From Amphiscolops sp. MND2022 (Eukaryota): 38,622 nucleotides of DNA. A model generated the notes under the pieces. It searched no databases. It was not told the DNA's origin and was given only the letters and a program-made list of their open reading frames with translations. How positions within the stretch are numbered: position 1 is the first letter of the stretch; every line of letters starts with the position of its first letter. Shown in pieces: positions 1 to 17,922 of this stretch. The translations under genes and the position numbers were made by a program. Location of the stretch: NCBI GenBank assembly GCA_964187785.1, contig OZ076411.1:25321379-25360000 (forward strand). The letters run 5' to 3'.

Positions 1-263
1 CTGCTAAAGATCTCAGAAGCTCCAAATTCATCCATCTTTCCCCAGTAAACCCCTGTCACAAATTCAAAACCCAGGAATCTTACTTCCAGAGAATCTGCTG
101 CTACTCTAACTACCTATCAGCAATCAATATTTCTGTCTTGGATAACTTCAACAGCTTCAGAAGGGACCTTTCTATTTACCTTCATAATCGAGTGTCTTCC
201 TTCGATATAAATCGTTCTTGCACTTGGTTTATTAAGTGCTCTTGTAGCATCTGTCGTGCTTGA
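1..263 (+). pseudogene. 3' end of a LINE (L2/CR1-like) ORF2, copy 1
   Basis: Frame reads ...FQRICCYSNYLSAINISVLDNFNSFRRDLSIYLH...FDINRSCTWFIKCSCSICRA*. This resembles the 'N-LP...sFK..L..yL' tail plus Cys-rich C-terminus of L2/CR1-type ORF2 proteins (recognised by eye). Confidence 0.5.
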
Positions 264-559
264 AATTTTTTTCACTTTTTACCCTGTAAAAGTCATTTAT
301 ACCGCCTTTTAGAACATGCCTTTTAATACAAAGNNNNNNNNNNNNNNNNNNNNNNNNNNNNNNNNNNNNNNNNNNNNNNNNNNNNNNNNNNNNNNNNNNN
401 NNNNNNNNNNNNNNNNNNNNNNNNNNNNNNNNNNNNNNNNNNNNNNNNNNNNNNNNNNNNNNNNNNNNNNNNNNNNNNNNNNNNNNNNNNNNNNNNNNNN
501 NNNNNNNNNNNNNNNNNNNNNNNNNNNNNNNNNNNNNNNNNNNNNNNNNNNNNNNNNNN

Positions 560-857
560 CTGCTAAAGATCTCAGAAGCTCCAAATTCATCCATCTTTCC
601 CCAGTAAACCCCTGTCACAAATTCAAAACCCAGGAATCTTACTTCCAGAGAATCTGCTGCTACTCTAACTACCTATCAGCAATCAATATTTCTGTCTTGG
701 ATAACTTCAACAGCTTCAGAAGGGACCTTTCTATTTACCTTCATAATCGAGTGTCTTCCTTCGATATAAATCGTTCTTGCACTTGGTTTATTAAGTGCTC
801 TTGTAGCATCTGTCGTGCTTGAAATTTTTTTCACTTTTTACCCTGTAAAAGTCATTT
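560..857 (+). repeat. Exact copy of bases 1-298, sandwiched between N-gaps (334-559 and 858-1527)
   Basis: 560-857 matches 1-298 base for base and both ends abut gaps, so it is probably an assembly or scaffolding duplicate. Confidence 0.9.
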
Positions 858-1527
858 NNNNNNNNNNNNNNNNNNNNNNNNNNNNNNNNNNNNNNNNNNN
901 NNNNNNNNNNNNNNNNNNNNNNNNNNNNNNNNNNNNNNNNNNNNNNNNNNNNNNNNNNNNNNNNNNNNNNNNNNNNNNNNNNNNNNNNNNNNNNNNNNNN
1001 NNNNNNNNNNNNNNNNNNNNNNNNNNNNNNNNNNNNNNNNNNNNNNNNNNNNNNNNNNNNNNNNNNNNNNNNNNNNNNNNNNNNNNNNNNNNNNNNNNNN
1101 NNNNNNNNNNNNNNNNNNNNNNNNNNNNNNNNNNNNNNNNNNNNNNNNNNNNNNNNNNNNNNNNNNNNNNNNNNNNNNNNNNNNNNNNNNNNNNNNNNNN
1201 NNNNNNNNNNNNNNNNNNNNNNNNNNNNNNNNNNNNNNNNNNNNNNNNNNNNNNNNNNNNNNNNNNNNNNNNNNNNNNNNNNNNNNNNNNNNNNNNNNNN
1301 NNNNNNNNNNNNNNNNNNNNNNNNNNNNNNNNNNNNNNNNNNNNNNNNNNNNNNNNNNNNNNNNNNNNNNNNNNNNNNNNNNNNNNNNNNNNNNNNNNNN
1401 NNNNNNNNNNNNNNNNNNNNNNNNNNNNNNNNNNNNNNNNNNNNNNNNNNNNNNNNNNNNNNNNNNNNNNNNNNNNNNNNNNNNNNNNNNNNNNNNNNNN
1501 NNNNNNNNNNNNNNNNNNNNNNNNNNN

Positions 1528-3570
1528 CACTAGGGGTATATGAACGTATCTGACGGAGTGTACGCCTTTGATCTAAATACTTGGGTCTAATGGAATTAGA
1601 TCTAACTTTCAGATCTAATTTAGGTCTAACCTTCAGATCTAATTATTTTATCTAAAATACTTAAGTCTAACCCCTTTATGATCTAATATGTAATCTTTTC
1701 AGATATTAGCTATGGCCGATACTGCTAATTTTCGTGTCATTGAAGGCAATGGTCGTGGTACTAAAGTGTATGTCTCCGATAATTTTATCTACAGCACAAA
1801 CAGAACTGTTGGCATAACAAGATACTTCAGATGCGTTGAGAAGCGCGATGGATGCAATGAAACTGCTACAATTATCGACGGAATTCTTGTACATGGGTGA
1901 CCACATTCACATTCGGGCGATCAGAGCAGGGTTGAAAAGCGTGAAGCCGTAACCGAATTCAAGCATCAAGCTGAAACGTCGCGTCAACCATTTCGTGTTA
2001 TTTATGACAACGTTGCGAGCACTCATCCAGCAATTAAAGACGTTCCTTATCCAGAAATCGAACCAGTTATGGCTAAAAGGCGCTGCTCAAATACTGAACC
2101 TGTCCCAACTACAAAGCAGGAATTCGTTAAAAAATTGTCCAATAAATTACGCTTTTATGGATGTGAGTGGAGGCGAAGGCTTTGCATTATTATTTTCTGA
2201 CACAAAATCAGTTGATCTTCTATCTGGAACGAAGAATATGCACGTGGATGCCACGTTCAAAGTTGTGCCCCGGCAGTTCTATCAATTGTTGGTTATTTAT
2301 GGTGTGAAATCAGAAACTGTTTTGCCATCTATTTATGTGCTAATGACAACCAAGTCGCGGGCTCTCTATGACGCTGTGTTCAACTTTGTCAAAACTCTCA
2401 CTTCCGCTGAACCGCCGACAATAGTCATTGTTTTCGAGGTGGCGCTGAGACATTCTCTCCAAAACATTTTCAAGGAGGCGCGTATTCAAGGATGTTTTTT
2501 CCACTTTACACAGGCTATCTGGCGAAAAGCAGTTAAACTGGGACTGCAACCGATAATGATTGAAAACCGCGATGTGAGTTTCTGGGTTCGCGATATGATG
2601 TGTCTTGCGTTGGTCCCATGTGATCGTATTGTATCTGTATTCCAAACCCAACTACACCCATCAAAACTGCCGGACGATTACAGTACGAAGGATGCAACTG
2701 TTAATTTCTATGTGTATGTTGATCGGTATTGGTTATCTTTGGTTGGCCCTCAGCGGTTTTGCCTTTTTAATGCAAAATCGCGAACAAACGCTGCTGTCGA
2801 AAGCTCTAATAATACCTTGAAATTACGTTTCCAAATTGCGCATCCGAATTTCTGGACTTTCTACGATCGGCTTTCCAGAATTATTTCTACCAACGAAATC
2901 GAAATTGATCAAGTCCATAGTGGAGGTACTGTGCGTCGGGAGCCAAACAAAAGGTATGATGTTATTGAACGACGAATAAGGGCCGTCGAAACACTCTATG
3001 AACATGGCAAATTAGATGCTTCTCAGTTCTTGCGAAGGGCAAGCTATCAGGTCTCTCTTTTAAAGATTGAAAGTTTTGATGTCGAGGGGGACGATAGTGA
3101 ACTTTCCAGCAATGCTGATCTCCCACCAGTTCCAATTCCAGCTGCCATAGCTGTTTCAATTATTCCTCTCCAGTCTGTTGTCGGCGAGTATCAATATGCT
3201 CAGCCTGCTGATCTCGATCCTGTCACTGATAACCACGACTCTGATACAGACCCAGGTGTCTGCAGCGAAAACGAAGATCTTGGTCAAATTTTAATAATAA
3301 CAATAATAATGGTGATAGTAATGTAAATGCTACGATGGATCGTCGATTAATTGCCCTTGCTATGATGCGCTAAAGAATGTGATTAAAATTCAGCTAGACT
3401 CCCTTTTCAAGATGCCACTTTCTTTTTCTGTTATTTTTGCTCTCAAATTAGATCAAATTAGAAGAGATTTTTAGACCTGATTATTTAGATCAATTTATTT
3501 AGATCTCAGTTTTGCCCCCTCTCTTAGATCTATTTCTTTAGACCTGTTTCCACGTACCTATATCTGACTA
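1528..3570 (+). mobile_element. Mutator-like (MULE) DNA transposon, defective; boundaries approximate
   Basis: Transposase pseudogene flanked by inverted arrays of a 7-mer: 9 x NRTCTAA at 1570-1686 and 6 x TTAGAYC at 3448-3544. The left end abuts a gap. No clean TIR or TSD seen. Confidence 0.8.
1712..3326 (+). pseudogene. MULE transposase (FLYWCH-like Zn finger + DDE domain) with a stop, a frameshift and a catalytic substitution
   Basis: N-terminus YFRC-x6-C...HG*PHSH with TGA at 1898-1900. Frameshift near the A6 run at 2129-2134. Then HVDATFKVVP (D1), IVFEVAL where DFE is expected (GTT at 2430-2432), GCFFHFTQAIWRK (CxFH) and RTNAAVESSN (E). Confidence 0.9.
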
Positions 3571-4337
3571 CGTTATAAAAATTTCGATCCGAGTTGTTTC
3601 GATCCCATTCAAAAATTTGGTATGTCGACCTGAGGACTAACTCTGATTTTCGATCCCGTTCCTTCGACCTATTTCCGCCCACCCGAACAGGAGCAAAGAC
3701 CTAGCGGGAACGAAGATCGCGAAGCGATCGTAGTGGGAGCTGGTCTTTGCGACGGTGAGGGCGAGCGTGCATACACCGCATATGCCCCACATTATGATAT
3801 TTCCGTGAGTTGACATTTTTTTTCCTTGAGTTGGAATGGAGTTGGCTCAATTTTGTGGTCACTTGGCTTAAAATTTTTGAAGCCAAATGACTCGACGGAA
3901 AATTTAAGCCAAATGCTATTAAGCCAAGTGACTGTTAACCACAAAAATCCTCATAAAGTCATTACTGGGCTGGATACTATGAATATTCAAGCTGTTAGAA
4001 AATATTTGATGCTGAAAAATTTCTGTTCTGATCTTGTTTGCTCTCATTACATATGTTGTGCTTGTAACTCTTGTAAGTTTAGTAAGGGTTTCAGTTGAAA
4101 TTTTGTTTTTCTCGGAATGAGAATGAAGTCTCTCTCTATCTGATAGAGGAAAAAAATTACAAAAAGTTAGTTCTGTTACAAAAATTTCAAGGTAAAAGTG
4201 CTAACACCGATTTGATTTTCCGTCATCCGTTTGTCGTGTGGCAGCCACCTGAAATGATACGATTCATTGTTTTTTTCGCTACTCGCTCAACGCTATTATG
4301 CCTCTATCTAACGCTTTTTTTTCAGAATTTTTCACTA

Positions 4338-9785
<5,448 letters not shown>

Positions 9786-11032
9786 ATATCGGTAAGCTTG
9801 GGATACAACGGGTGCTCTTATTTTTGTGTGGTCTTGATGATGTATATGATCTTCCTCAAAATGCAATCAAGTTTTTGCTGATAATTTTTGGTTTTGGTTG
9901 ATAAAATTGTAAATAACTTTTCCTTAATTGTATAGTATGTTGTTTCTTTGTTGATAATGATTACAATAGATTTATCCCCTTGTGGTTTGAAATTGGTGAA
10001 ATTTTCATGTTTTGCAGTTTTTTGGGTCAGAAGTTCACCTTGGAATGGAAGAGAATTTTAGAAGATATTCAAGGAAGGCGACCTTCGAATACTGGTTTTT
10101 TCCTCATTGAACAAAAATTGTTTTATGGGTTTCGAGTCAGTCAATTGTATTAAAACCTTTGAATTCATGTTTTTTGAAACATTGAAATTGATGAAAAGAA
10201 AAATATAGGAACGAAACGCCATCAGTTTTCATAATCGTTCAATTCAAAGGGTTTGTTCCACAGAAATGTCTCGAATTGTCTTTTCGAAGTGTTTCAAAAT
10301 GACGATGGAAGTAAAAATGACCGAAACGTCTTTCCTGTCGCAACGTCACTTAATAACGTCTTGATTTTTTCAAACATAGCTTACATTGACATCCGATGTG
10401 CTTTCGGACACAACCTTTCGTGCTCGGTAAATGCTTTTTTTTCGTACTCAAATTATCCAAATTGGTGAAAATGATATGTTCGAGAACAGTCAGTTCCAAA
10501 CAAAAATAAAAGGACAGTTTATGCTCATTTAGCACTATTTGAAACCATATTGAAATTGAGAGACCCTATGGCAAAAAATAGAAAACCAATAGAGAAGACG
10601 CATAGTGCCGAAAAATTCAAAGGGTCCGTTATAGCTCAGAGGATACAGTAAAACTATGAAATACTCAATTCTTTTTGGCTTCGGGTACTCCGTAAATCTC
10701 AGGCGTAATGTCAAATAAATTCCACTTCGATGTGAACTCTGTAGTCTGGAGAAAACAAACTAGTCACTGTATCAGACAGGCACTTTTCTTAAAAATTATC
10801 GTGACTAAAAATTGAGAATGTTTTGAAAATTGTGTTTGAAAATTATTTGAATGGGTTTTGTCCTGAAAACTCAAGGGTAAAACTTTCAAAAATTACTTCC
10901 TATGAACTTGAAAGGTTTGCAAGAAGTTATGCCTTGCTTTTGTTTCCGCAAGATCCAATATAATTAAAAACAATTCGAACAAAGGTAAATTATTCGTTAC
11001 ATGTTATAACAGATGACGGTAATAGTTATGTA

Positions 11033-11985
11033 CAGTACTCTGATTAAGAAATCGCCCCCCTATGCGCAGAGCGTCGTTATCAATCAATTAGAATTGCGTA
11101 TTTGCTCTCACTTTCAATTCTGATTGGCGCATCAAGTGAAATCTCCGGCGCAGAAAGAACACTTCTATTTTCCCAGTTTTGGGCAGGTTTTTGAAATATT
11201 TTTCTGAAACTTAAATTTATCGAATTTTGCAGTTTGTATTGAATTCAATGATATATTTGTTGTTTCAAAAACATTCTAAATGAAAAAATAAGTTTGTCGC
11301 CGCGAAACGTTCATTTCCTATCTTAATACATGTAAATCGAAGAAATTTTACCTTTCGAGCATGCTATTTCAAAAACGGTTGATAATTTTTGAAATCGAAA
11401 AATATCCATAGATTCAGTAGATTTGTGCGAGTTATTTGAGCATAAAACTTGCCAAAAAACATGTGGGTAACCCAGTCAAAAATTGGAAAAACGGAAAAAA
11501 GTCCCAAATTTGCTCAAAATTAGCTATATGTAACTTTCTCAATTTTTGTCCCAGAAAAATTGAAAAACACTAATATAAACTAGATAAAATTCTAAGAAAC
11601 TTTTATTTTTGATGTTTTTGCACATAACGAAGTCAATGTGAATTGCAGTCCAGCTAAGTAAGTCTTTTTTTCCACTATAGTCAACTTCATAATGAGCGCC
11701 TTTTAGAAAAAAAACCAAAACCCCAGAGAGATTCGAACCTGCAGCCTCCCGATTGCACGGCATAAGTGTTGACCACTGTGCCATAGGGACGTTATTGAAC
11801 AAAGTTGAACTATTGAATATATACGCATGCGATTAAAATAATATATATACGCATATTAAAATAATCGATGTCTTCGTCATGTGTTGCGAAGCACCGCTTC
11901 GCCTCTGTGTTCGAAATTCTCAACTGATTTCAAGCAAATCGAGCCTAAAATTGCCCCTGGGGACGTTTTCTTAATCACAGTACTG
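11033..11985. mobile_element. Non-autonomous Tc1/mariner-type element (MITE, 953 bp), copy 1
   Basis: TIRs CAGTACTCTGATTAAGAAATCGCCCC and GGGGACGTTTTCTTAATCACAGTACTG (about 24/27 match). TA on both sides (11031-11032, 11986-11987). No transposase ORF. Confidence 0.85.
11718..11790 (-). pseudogene. tRNA-like unit (tRNA pseudogene or SINE head; anticodon position reads TGC, Ala-like) inside the MITE
   Basis: GTCCCTATGGCACAGTGG...GGTTCGAATC...TGGGGTT has an A box (TGGCACAGTGG), a B box (GGTTCGAATC), canonical 72-nt spacing, a partial acceptor stem and a downstream T-run. D, anticodon and T stems are degenerate and U33 is replaced by G. Confidence 0.65.
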
Positions 11986-12001
11986 TATAGTTGAAAAATA
12001 C

Positions 12002-12262
12002 AAAGATCCTATTATTCTGTCTGTGGGTGAAAAAGATGAAATCTCAATCGCGGACGCTGTGCAATACATCTGCAAAGCTCTGGATTATCCATTCGACCAA
12101 TTAGAGTTTGACACGTCAATGGCGGATGGGCAGTTCAAGAAAACCGTATCCAATGAACGCCTTCTGAAATTTCTGCCTGACTTCAACTTCACCTCATTCG
12201 ATGTCGCAATCAAAGAAACATGCGATTGGTTCGTTGAAAATTTTGAATCGTGTAGAAAATGA
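12002..12262 (+). pseudogene. Duplicated 3' part of GFUS exon 4 (KDPIILSVG...CRK*)
   Basis: Identical to 9525-9785; lacks the first ~83 codons of the exon. Confidence 0.9.
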
Positions 12263-13509
12263 ATATCGGTAAGCTTGGGATACAACGGGTGCTCTTATTT
12301 TTGTGTGGTCTTGATGATGTATATGATCTTCCTCAAAATGCAATCAAGTTTTTGCTGATAATTTTTGGTTTTGGTTGATAAAATTGTAAATAACTTTTCC
12401 TTAATTGTATAGTATGTTGTTTCTTTGTTGATAATGATTACAATAGATTTATCCCCTTGTGGTTTGAAATTGGTGAAATTTTCATGTTTTGCAGTTTTTT
12501 GGGTCAGAAGTTCACCTTGGAATGGAAGAGAATTTTAGAAGATATTCAAGGAAGGCGACCTTCGAATACTGGTTTTTTCCTCATTGAACAAAAATTGTTT
12601 TATGGGTTTCGAGTCAGTCAATTGTATTAAAACCTTTGAATTCATGTTTTTTGAAACATTGAAATTGATGAAAAGAAAAATATAGGAACGAAACGCCATC
12701 AGTTTTCATAATCGTTCAATTCAAAGGGTTTGTTCCACAGAAATGTCTCGAATTGTCTTTTCGAAGTGTTTCAAAATGACGATGGAAGTAAAAATGACCG
12801 AAACGTCTTTCCTGTCGCAACGTCACTTAATAACGTCTTGATTTTTTCAAACATAGCTTACATTGACATCCGATGTGCTTTCGGACACAACCTTTCGTGC
12901 TCGGTAAATGCTTTTTTTTCGTACTCAAATTATCCAAATTGGTGAAAATGATATGTTCGAGAACAGTCAGTTCCAAACAAAAATAAAAGGACAGTTTATG
13001 CTCATTTAGCACTATTTGAAACCATATTGAAATTGAGAGACCCTATGGCAAAAAATAGAAAACCAATAGAGAAGACGCATAGTGCCGAAAAATTCAAAGG
13101 GTCCGTTATAGCTCAGAGGATACAGTAAAACTATGAAATACTCAATTCTTTTTGGCTTCGGGTACTCCGTAAATCTCAGGCGTAATGTCAAATAAATTCC
13201 ACTTCGATGTGAACTCTGTAGTCTGGAGAAAACAAACTAGTCACTGTATCAGACAGGCACTTTTCTTAAAAATTATCGTGACTAAAAATTGAGAATGTTT
13301 TGAAAATTGTGTTTGAAAATTATTTGAATGGGTTTTGTCCTGAAAACTCAAGGGTAAAACTTTCAAAAATTACTTCCTATGAACTTGAAAGGTTTGCAAG
13401 AAGTTATGCCTTGCTTTTGTTTCCGCAAGATCCAATATAATTAAAAACAATTCGAACAAAGGTAAATTATTCGTTACATGTTATAACAGATGACGGTAAT
13501 AGTTATGTA

Positions 13510-14462
13510 CAGTACTCTGATTAAGAAATCGCCCCCCTATGCGCAGAGCGTCGTTATCAATCAATTAGAATTGCGTATTTGCTCTCACTTTCAATTCTGA
13601 TTGGCGCATCAAGTGAAATCTCCGGCGCAGAAAGAACACTTCTATTTTCCCAGTTTTGGGCAGGTTTTTGAAATATTTTTCTGAAACTTAAATTTATCGA
13701 ATTTTGCAGTTTGTATTGAATTCAATGATATATTTGTTGTTTCAAAAACATTCTAAATGAAAAAATAAGTTTGTCGCCGCGAAACGTTCATTTCCTATCT
13801 TAATACATGTAAATCGAAGAAATTTTACCTTTCGAGCATGCTATTTCAAAAACGGTTGATAATTTTTGAAATCGAAAAATATCCATAGATTCAGTAGATT
13901 TGTGCGAGTTATTTGAGCATAAAACTTGCCAAAAAACATGTGGGTAACCCAGTCAAAAATTGGAAAAACGGAAAAAAGTCCCAAATTTGCTCAAAATTAG
14001 CTATATGTAACTTTCTCAATTTTTGTCCCAGAAAAATTGAAAAACACTAATATAAACTAGATAAAATTCTAAGAAACTTTTATTTTTGATGTTTTTGCAC
14101 ATAACGAAGTCAATGTGAATTGCAGTCCAGCTAAGTAAGTCTTTTTTTCCACTATAGTCAACTTCATAATGAGCGCCTTTTAGAAAAAAAACCAAAACCC
14201 CAGAGAGATTCGAACCTGCAGCCTCCCGATTGCACGGCATAAGTGTTGACCACTGTGCCATAGGGACGTTATTGAACAAAGTTGAACTATTGAATATATA
14301 CGCATGCGATTAAAATAATATATATACGCATATTAAAATAATCGATGTCTTCGTCATGTGTTGCGAAGCACCGCTTCGCCTCTGTGTTCGAAATTCTCAA
14401 CTGATTTCAAGCAAATCGAGCCTAAAATTGCCCCTGGGGACGTTTTCTTAATCACAGTACTG
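13510..14462. mobile_element. MITE copy 2 (part of the tandem duplication)
   Basis: Same sequence as 11033-11985 at +2477. Confidence 0.85.
14195..14267 (-). pseudogene. tRNA-like unit, copy 2
   Basis: Duplicate of 11718-11790. Confidence 0.65.
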
Positions 14463-17225
14463 TATAGTTGAAAAATACAAAAGTTTCAGACTCGAACTAC
14501 AGAGTCATCATAAAGCTAAACTCATGATTCCAAGTATTTCGCTGAATAGTCAAAAACTTACTCAGAAACCGTGCTACGAAACCAGTTTTGGTTTCCCTAG
14601 TTTCTTGAGTAGAATATTGTTTGTCTAGAACAAGAACTCCCTGATTACCTTGGTGGAAACTTTCGTGCTGTCGTGATTCTGCTTCGCTGATTCAAGTTTC
14701 GAAAAATGTCCATGCAAACTGATAAATTCAAGGTTATATTGCACCTGAATAAAAAAATTGAAACCTAAACAGTTTTTTTTTCGTTTTGAGTGGAGCGTCT
14801 TTCATTTCTACTCCCTCTTTCATCTGTTCCAAGAGCAATGACTTCAGCCACAGTAATATTCAGCGCAATGAGATCAATATTCTGAGATTATAAATTAAAT
14901 CTTTTTGTTCCAATTATAGTCGAACCCCAAATCAATGCATTTGTTACAATTTCTTAGAACACTGGGCAATTGAAGCAACTAGTTAGTAGCTTGATGTGCG
15001 CAATTCAGGAAATTTTTCCCAGAAAGGTTTTGACTAGCAAAATGTAGAAGTTCAATATCGAAGGTTCTTTATCTCAATTTTTCCGCGATGTGATGAGCAC
15101 GAAGTAAACTGTAAACGTTTTGCCTGAAACACTTTTCAACAGATCTGAAGATCATGTATCATACTCAAAATTTGATATGATACAGTAATTTCTAGTGCTG
15201 TCAAAAATGAAACGTCGAAAAACGTTTGAAAAAAACCACGTGAACTTGTTGGTGGCCCAGAAATCTGAGTCACGAGTTGATGTACCAATCAGAATGAAAA
15301 CGACATCAAAAGATTGCACGTCAAAAGAATCAGCGAAATACTACGCTGAAAAGAACGGAAACAACAAGAACACCGATAGCTACCAAATATTGGTCATTAA
15401 AACCCTACCTGCGAAACAAATGTCACAAATCAAAAAAGTCCAACTCGGCTAAAACTTGGGAAATTTTTTTCTCTTTCCAGAAATGTCTCATAGTGACGAA
15501 AAACCCAAAAGGAGGCCTCCAAGTTTGCAACACGTTCTTAAGTCAAAATCAGAATTTTAGCTTTTTTTCTAGTACCGCCGCTTCGTGGCAATTCCGCTCT
15601 TTGCGGGGGCTTTTAGTATCAACAACAGCAAATTGTTTCGTTTTGGAGCACAGCGTCTTGCAGTGTGGAAGAGTCTGGGGCGAAAGTAGTCAGAAGGCGA
15701 AAAAAAGTAGGGTACCTTAAAGTACCGCTTGGTTTTCCAGGGTCACGAAGTTGAACAAAACAAATCGAACAAACAAATTGCACAAAAACCTTTGAGACCT
15801 TGTTAGTCGGCACCTTATGAAGTGAAACGCGACTATTATAGTGACTTTTTTTTCAATTCACACCAACTGACCAAAATAGTTCTACAGAGTTCTACGAAAT
15901 TTTATGGTGACAATTGAACCATTTGGACTGGCGAACTGAACCAAAAAGGGTTTTCTGTTTTTCCGCGTAACATACAATACCGGGAGAGACTAAAGCGTCC
16001 CCTTTCAGTTTTTTTGGCATTGTGATACTTTGCTAAAAAATCCAAAAGGGTCCCCCCTTTTACCGCGCCGGCGCTAAATTCGGTTCAATTCTTGGGTTTT
16101 TCGGGTACTGTAAAAGAATACCTATCACTTTGAAGACCTTTAGCTATTTTTGAGCCTTATATATGGTTCCCGGGTTGTTTTCTTTCATTTCTTCTTTGTG
16201 GATCTTTCGAAAATTGGAGGGGTAAGTCAGATGATGATTTCTTACAATGATTCTATTATAGACTAATACTAATAAATAATGTTGTTTTGGAAAATGGGCC
16301 AGTGTCAACATTCAACTGGTTCGAGTCCGGAGTTTTTGTTTGCGGTAGATTTTACTTTTTAACTCTTTTTTCGACAGCATATAATTCCGAAAACTTTCTC
16401 CACATAGAAACTTACCGAAGACTCAAAGTTAATATTGATCAAGCTGCTGGAAAATTTTAAACGTTTCGCGCTGTGGAAAATGAATAATTCTGAGACGAGA
16501 TATTGCATGCAATTGTTTTTCAAACCGTGAGCTAATCAATTATTTTTTTGTTACACGGTATCGCGCGCAATATATTTTTTTTACAAAACTGAAGCTCTGC
16601 AGAAGAGAACACAGATGATTTTGTTGCAAAATGAAGAAGCAATCATTGGAAAAAGTTTCCGATGTTGAAAAACTTTTGCTCGTGTATGATTTTTTCTTGG
16701 TAGAAATTTTCGAAGAGTTGTAGTGTTGAAAAAATTGTGTCTATTGATTTTCCAATTCAATCAAATGAGGCGCATGTTTCCAGATTGCTCGCGAGATAGC
16801 AAATGAGGGACATATTCGGGTCAAGTTGGAATAGAGCTGCTTTTAGAAAAAACGTCTGTGACTACTCGTTTATGACAAAAGAGTGAATACTACGAATCTC
16901 TATGCAGGAACAATTTGGAAAACCTCCCTTAGTTAAAACAAATGCTGCTTGATCATCAATCTCATCATAGTTCAGTGTTGAGATGGGACCTTTCTTAAGT
17001 TTTAAAGCTAGGAATTCGTTCATGGTCAACTTGGATTTCAATGGCGATGACTCGGAGAGCAGGTTTGCTCCGTTTACTTCCTGATTGGAAGGTTTTGTGG
17101 ACAGTCTTGTAGCATAGTAGCTATTCAATGATTAAATTGTCGCGTCTGGTAAATGTCACAAATAGGTTAGTGATTTTTTTTCAGCATGTTTGCACACTCT
17201 TTGGTCTGTTTTACCAGATAATAAG

Positions 17226-17922
17226 ATTCCATATGTTCTCCTTAGATGAAAGAAATTTCCTTTACATAGATAATAGCCTTGTTATCCCGCAAGCTAAGTG
17301 AGCAATGATCATGTGTTCTTCACAATTCGGACACCCAGGCGGAGATGCCATGCTAGGTATGGTATTTGACATTTGATGGCCTAAGATTCACAGGGAGCTG
17401 ACGAGAAAGTGCGGACATACTTGCAAGCAGGTGAGAATTTGAAGTGTATGTTTAAACAGAAACAAACAGGAAAAATACCTGAAGTAACAGAGATGAATGG
17501 AGAGATAGCATAGAAATGAATTTTGCAGGACCGTTTTAGACATTCTCTCAACATTCAAACTTCATTGTTTTCAATTGAGATTCCATCAATTATCCTACAA
17601 CACTAAGAGATTGCTGGAATATCTAACTTGGTTTAGGAACGCTCCAGTGCAATGAAGGACTGCTGAGCCTTATTAGAGTTTTTGAGCAACTTCGAACAGT
17701 TTGTCAGTCCTGCTCAAGATCATTCATCAAAATATAATGAAAAAATGATTGTAAAGATGAATTCACGTCTTCATAAAGTCAAAACCATTTCATCAGAAAA
17801 CATGTGCTTTTGATACTGTTATACCGAACACTGGAGATCAAAAATGCAGGTTGAGGAACTCAGAGCAAAAAATTGATAGAAACATGTATGATAACATTTA
17901 AACATAAACAAATGTTCATCAT
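17226..17922 (+). repeat. Partial unit of a ~1.41-kb tandem array (decayed Gypsy integrase HHCC fragment), interrupted by the LTR element
   Basis: Similar to about 33330-34027 and 34745-35415. Translates in pieces as SLDERNFLYIDNSLVIP...FGHPGGDAML...WPKIHRE...QAGENLK...FAGPF. Confidence 0.85.

Noticed and set aside
232-1543. Long ORFs in the track at 232-618, 309-590, 815-1543 and 838-1530
   Set aside because: They are artefacts of translating N-gaps as X.
1898-1900. TGA in the MULE Zn finger as programmed readthrough or selenocysteine
   Set aside because: The same gene also has a frameshift and a catalytic D to V change, so ordinary decay explains it.
11718-11790. Functional tRNA-Ala or tRNA-Cys gene
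   Set aside because: The D, anticodon and T stems have multiple mismatches, U33 is lost, and it lies inside a MITE.
11539-11802. 87-aa ORF MFNNVPMAQWST... and its copy at 14016-14279
   Set aside because: It is simply the translation of the tRNA-like sequence inside a MITE.
14479-17225. Short ORFs (15195-15452, 15493-15720, 16862-17128) and repeat-like patches, including a motif at about 15997-16025 similar to the reverse complement of 10600-10630
   Set aside because: Probably fragments of dispersed repeats, but no termini, TSD or protein motif could be supported.
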